47,613 bases of DNA, from positions 1 to 47,613 of the IMG/VR virus record IMGVR_UViG_3300022562_000250, one strand, 5' to 3'. Shown here in pieces: positions 45,743 through 47,613 of the stretch (its first letter is position 1; each line of letters opens with the position of its first letter). The notes below the pieces were generated by a model that saw nothing but the letters and a program-made list of their open reading frames with translations, searched no databases and was not told the origin of the DNA. Made by a program: the position numbers and the translations under genes. Source of the DNA: a virus (Duplodnaviria > Caudoviricetes).

Positions 45743-47613
45743 GCTGCGCGCCTCCGACGTCGGATCATCCCGCCTCCAGCAGGGGTAAAACTTGATGTAG
45801 TCCCTGATCCAAACAAACTTGGAGCGGGGGTTGTGATTGCGCCACTGCCCGATCGACCAACAGTCCCTGAGCCAGCAAGTAGGGCAACCGGGGTGGTTAT
45901 ATCACCGGAACCAGTTTTTGTCAAGAAGCCTGAACCGGAAAGTGTGGCGACTGGGGTATTAATAGCGCCCGACCCGGTAATAAGCGCGCCGACCGTGCCG
46001 GTGCCAGCAAGCGTTGGAACAGTCGTATTAATCGCGCCAGAGCCAGTCTTAACAACCTGTCCATTTCCATTAAGCGCCGGGACTGGAGTTGTGATTGCAC
46101 CGGAGCCAATCCGCACCACTACCCCTGCCCCACTTAGCGTTGGAACAGTTGTATTTATTGCGGCGCTGCCGGTCTTAACAATGTCGCCGCTACCAGCGAG
46201 GGTTGGTACTGTGGTAGTAATAGCACCGGAACCAAGTACACCAGCAGAAACCGCGCCAGTACCTGAAAGCGTTGGAACCGGAGTTGTTATCGCGCCCGAG
46301 CCAGTTTTAGTAATTGTTCCACTACCGGAAAGGGTTGGCACAGTGGTAGAAATCGTCCCTGATCCAACGCGGGTAAGAAAGCCTGAGCCGGAAAGCGTCG
46401 GCACAACTGTGCTTATCGCACCACTGCCGGTCTTAGTAATTTCACCGGTGCCGGAGAGAGTGGGGACTGTAGTGGTTATCGCCCCTGAACCGACCTTGCC
46501 CGCAACGCCTGTACCGGAAAGGGTGGGCACGGTAGTTGTTATTGCTCCGGAGCCAGTCTTGATAATCGTCCCGCTGCCAGAAAGCGTTACAACCGGAGTA
46601 TTTATTGCCCCACTGCCGGAACGAGAAATAAAGCCGCTACCGGAAAGGGTTGGCACAGTTGTATTGATGCTCGCTGTGCCGGTTTTGATTATTGTACCTG
46701 AACCAGCGAGTGTCGGCAGCGTTGTATCAATCGCGCCGGAACCGGACTTCGCAACAGTACCGCTACCGGATAGGGTAGGAACAGTGGTGGTTATTGCACC
46801 GGAGCCAGTAGTTACAAGCGCCCCTGTACCGGATAAGGTAGGAACAGTGGTTGTAATCGCGCCACTACCACTACGGCTTATAAAACCACTGCCGGAAAGT
46901 GTTACTACAGGGGTGGAAATAGCACCAGAGCCGCTGCGCCCAATTGTACCGGAGCCAGATAGCGTGGGAACAGTAGTTGAAATTGCGCCGGTGCCGGTTG
47001 GACTACCGCTGAAGCCAATTTCAATGCCAGATACTGCCCACGGAAAGCCAGCTACGAAAGTTGAGTACGCTGCCGCATCTGTGCCTGTATACTCATCATT
47101 CCTATAAGCAAAATCAATAACTTGAAAGGAACCTGCCGGATCAATATTGTAGAGATCATCCCATGAAGAGGTCGGCGTTATCGTGCCAGTGGGATCATCA
47201 TCAGAAACACCTGTGTTAAAGACAACATTGCCTACTGTAACGTTAGCAGAGAAGCTGACTGTTAATGCACCAGAGCGTCCGCTTGTACCGCCAGTGCTCG
47301 CGTCCTGAACTGCGTCAATACTACCAGAGCCAGAATTATTGTAAGCCTGCATGACCTGATAGGCCATTGCGCCGTCAGCATCAGTTCCAGTGGCACCGGA
47401 GCCAACTGTAATAGTCATAGATGCTCCAGTTGTTACCGGGGCGGTCCAGATTACAGTAGTTGCGTGATAAACTCCATCCGTATAGTGGTTCTCAACTTGT
47501 TTCGTCCACGTCAGAGACTGCGTATCCGAAATAGTAATGTTAGAAGTATTATAACTGTCTGTGTCAACAGACATCATTACTACCAGCAAACTGTTGTCTG
47601 CTGGAGTGAAGGA
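45739..47613 (-). CDS. 3' part of the ~1253-aa virion fibre/appendage protein (starts at 2031)
   Basis: In frame with 1..2031; contains 19 tandem repeats; stop overlaps the terL ATG (ATGA). Confidence 0.85.
   Translation of the reverse strand, partial: SFTPADNSLLVVMMSVDTDSYNTSNITISDTQSLTWTKQVENHYTDGVYHATTVIWTAPVTTGASMTITVGSGATGTDADGAMAYQVMQAYNNSGSGSIDAVQDASTGGTSGRSGALTVSFSANVTVGNVVFNTGVSDDDPTGTITPTSSWDDLYNIDPAGSFQVIDFAYRNDEYTGTDAAAYSTFVAGFPWAVSGIEIGFSGSPTGTGAISTTVPTLSGSGTIGRSGSGAISTPVVTLSGSGFISRSGSGAITTTVPTLSGTGALVTTGSGAITTTVPTLSGSGTVAKSGSGAIDTTLPTLAGSGTIIKTGTASINTTVPTLSGSGFISRSGSGAINTPVVTLSGSGTIIKTGSGAITTTVPTLSGTGVAGKVGSGAITTTVPTLSGTGEITKTGSGAISTVVPTLSGSGFLTRVGSGTISTTVPTLSGSGTITKTGSGAITTPVPTLSGTGAVSAGVLGSGAITTTVPTLAGSGDIVKTGSAAINTTVPTLSGAGVVVRIGSGAITTPVPALNGNGQVVKTGSGAINTTVPTLAGTGTVGALITGSGAINTPVATLSGSGFLTKTGSGDITTPVALLAGSGTVGRSGSGAITTPAPSLFGSGTTSSFTPAGGGMIRRRRRAA
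45790..46998 (-). repeat. 19 tandem coding repeats of 21 aa (63 bp; two units are 23 aa)
   Basis: Consensus xGSGAITTTVPTLSGSGxxxK/R, counted in the translation. Confidence 0.92.
47470..47613. repeat. Terminal direct repeat, copy 2
   Basis: Identical to 1-144. Confidence 0.95.

Noticed and set aside
45722-47107. 461-aa + strand Pro/Val-rich repeat ORF
   Set aside because: Antisense shadow of the Gly/Thr/Ser repeat gene; no RBS and wrong orientation for the operon.
47470-47613. 144-bp terminal repeat as a true T7-like DTR
   Set aside because: It lies in the middle of a coding sequence and has the size of an assembler overlap, so it most likely reflects circularity only.

Overview
The window is an apparently complete, circularly permuted dsDNA podovirus-type phage genome of about 47,469 bp. 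Bases 1-144 are repeated exactly at 47470-47613, which I read as an assembly overlap. The + strand arm (4.9-24.0 kb) carries small early genes behind sigma70-like promoters, then a recombination/replication module: UvrD-like helicase, HIRAN, Cas4-like nuclease, Sak4-like ATPase, SSB-like protein, ParB-methyltransferase fusion, a family-A DNA polymerase split into a UDG+exonuclease gene and a polymerase gene, and a DUF3987-like helicase. The - strand arm carries terS, a block of probable head-appendage genes including a ~1253-aa repeat protein that crosses the window edge, terL, portal, scaffold, BPP-1-like capsid and cement, T7-like tail tube and ejection proteins, tail fibre and lysis cassette. 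I see no integrase, RNA polymerase, primase, reverse transcriptase, tRNA or CRISPR array. The host is Gram-negative (spanins present), possibly alphaproteobacterial. Main findings: (1) the split UDG-exo/PolA with unusual active-site residues inside a nucleotide/DNA-modification gene cluster; (2) a 33-nt poly(dT) flanked by 57-bp inverted arms bearing repeated motifs, a candidate origin; (3) an array of 'MNA'-start mini-genes sharing DNA blocks; (4) two hairpin+pseudoknot leader elements sharing a TGATRAG linker; (5) a shared acidic-hydrophobic C-terminal tail on several unrelated early proteins. All family assignments come from motif recognition by eye; no database search was run.
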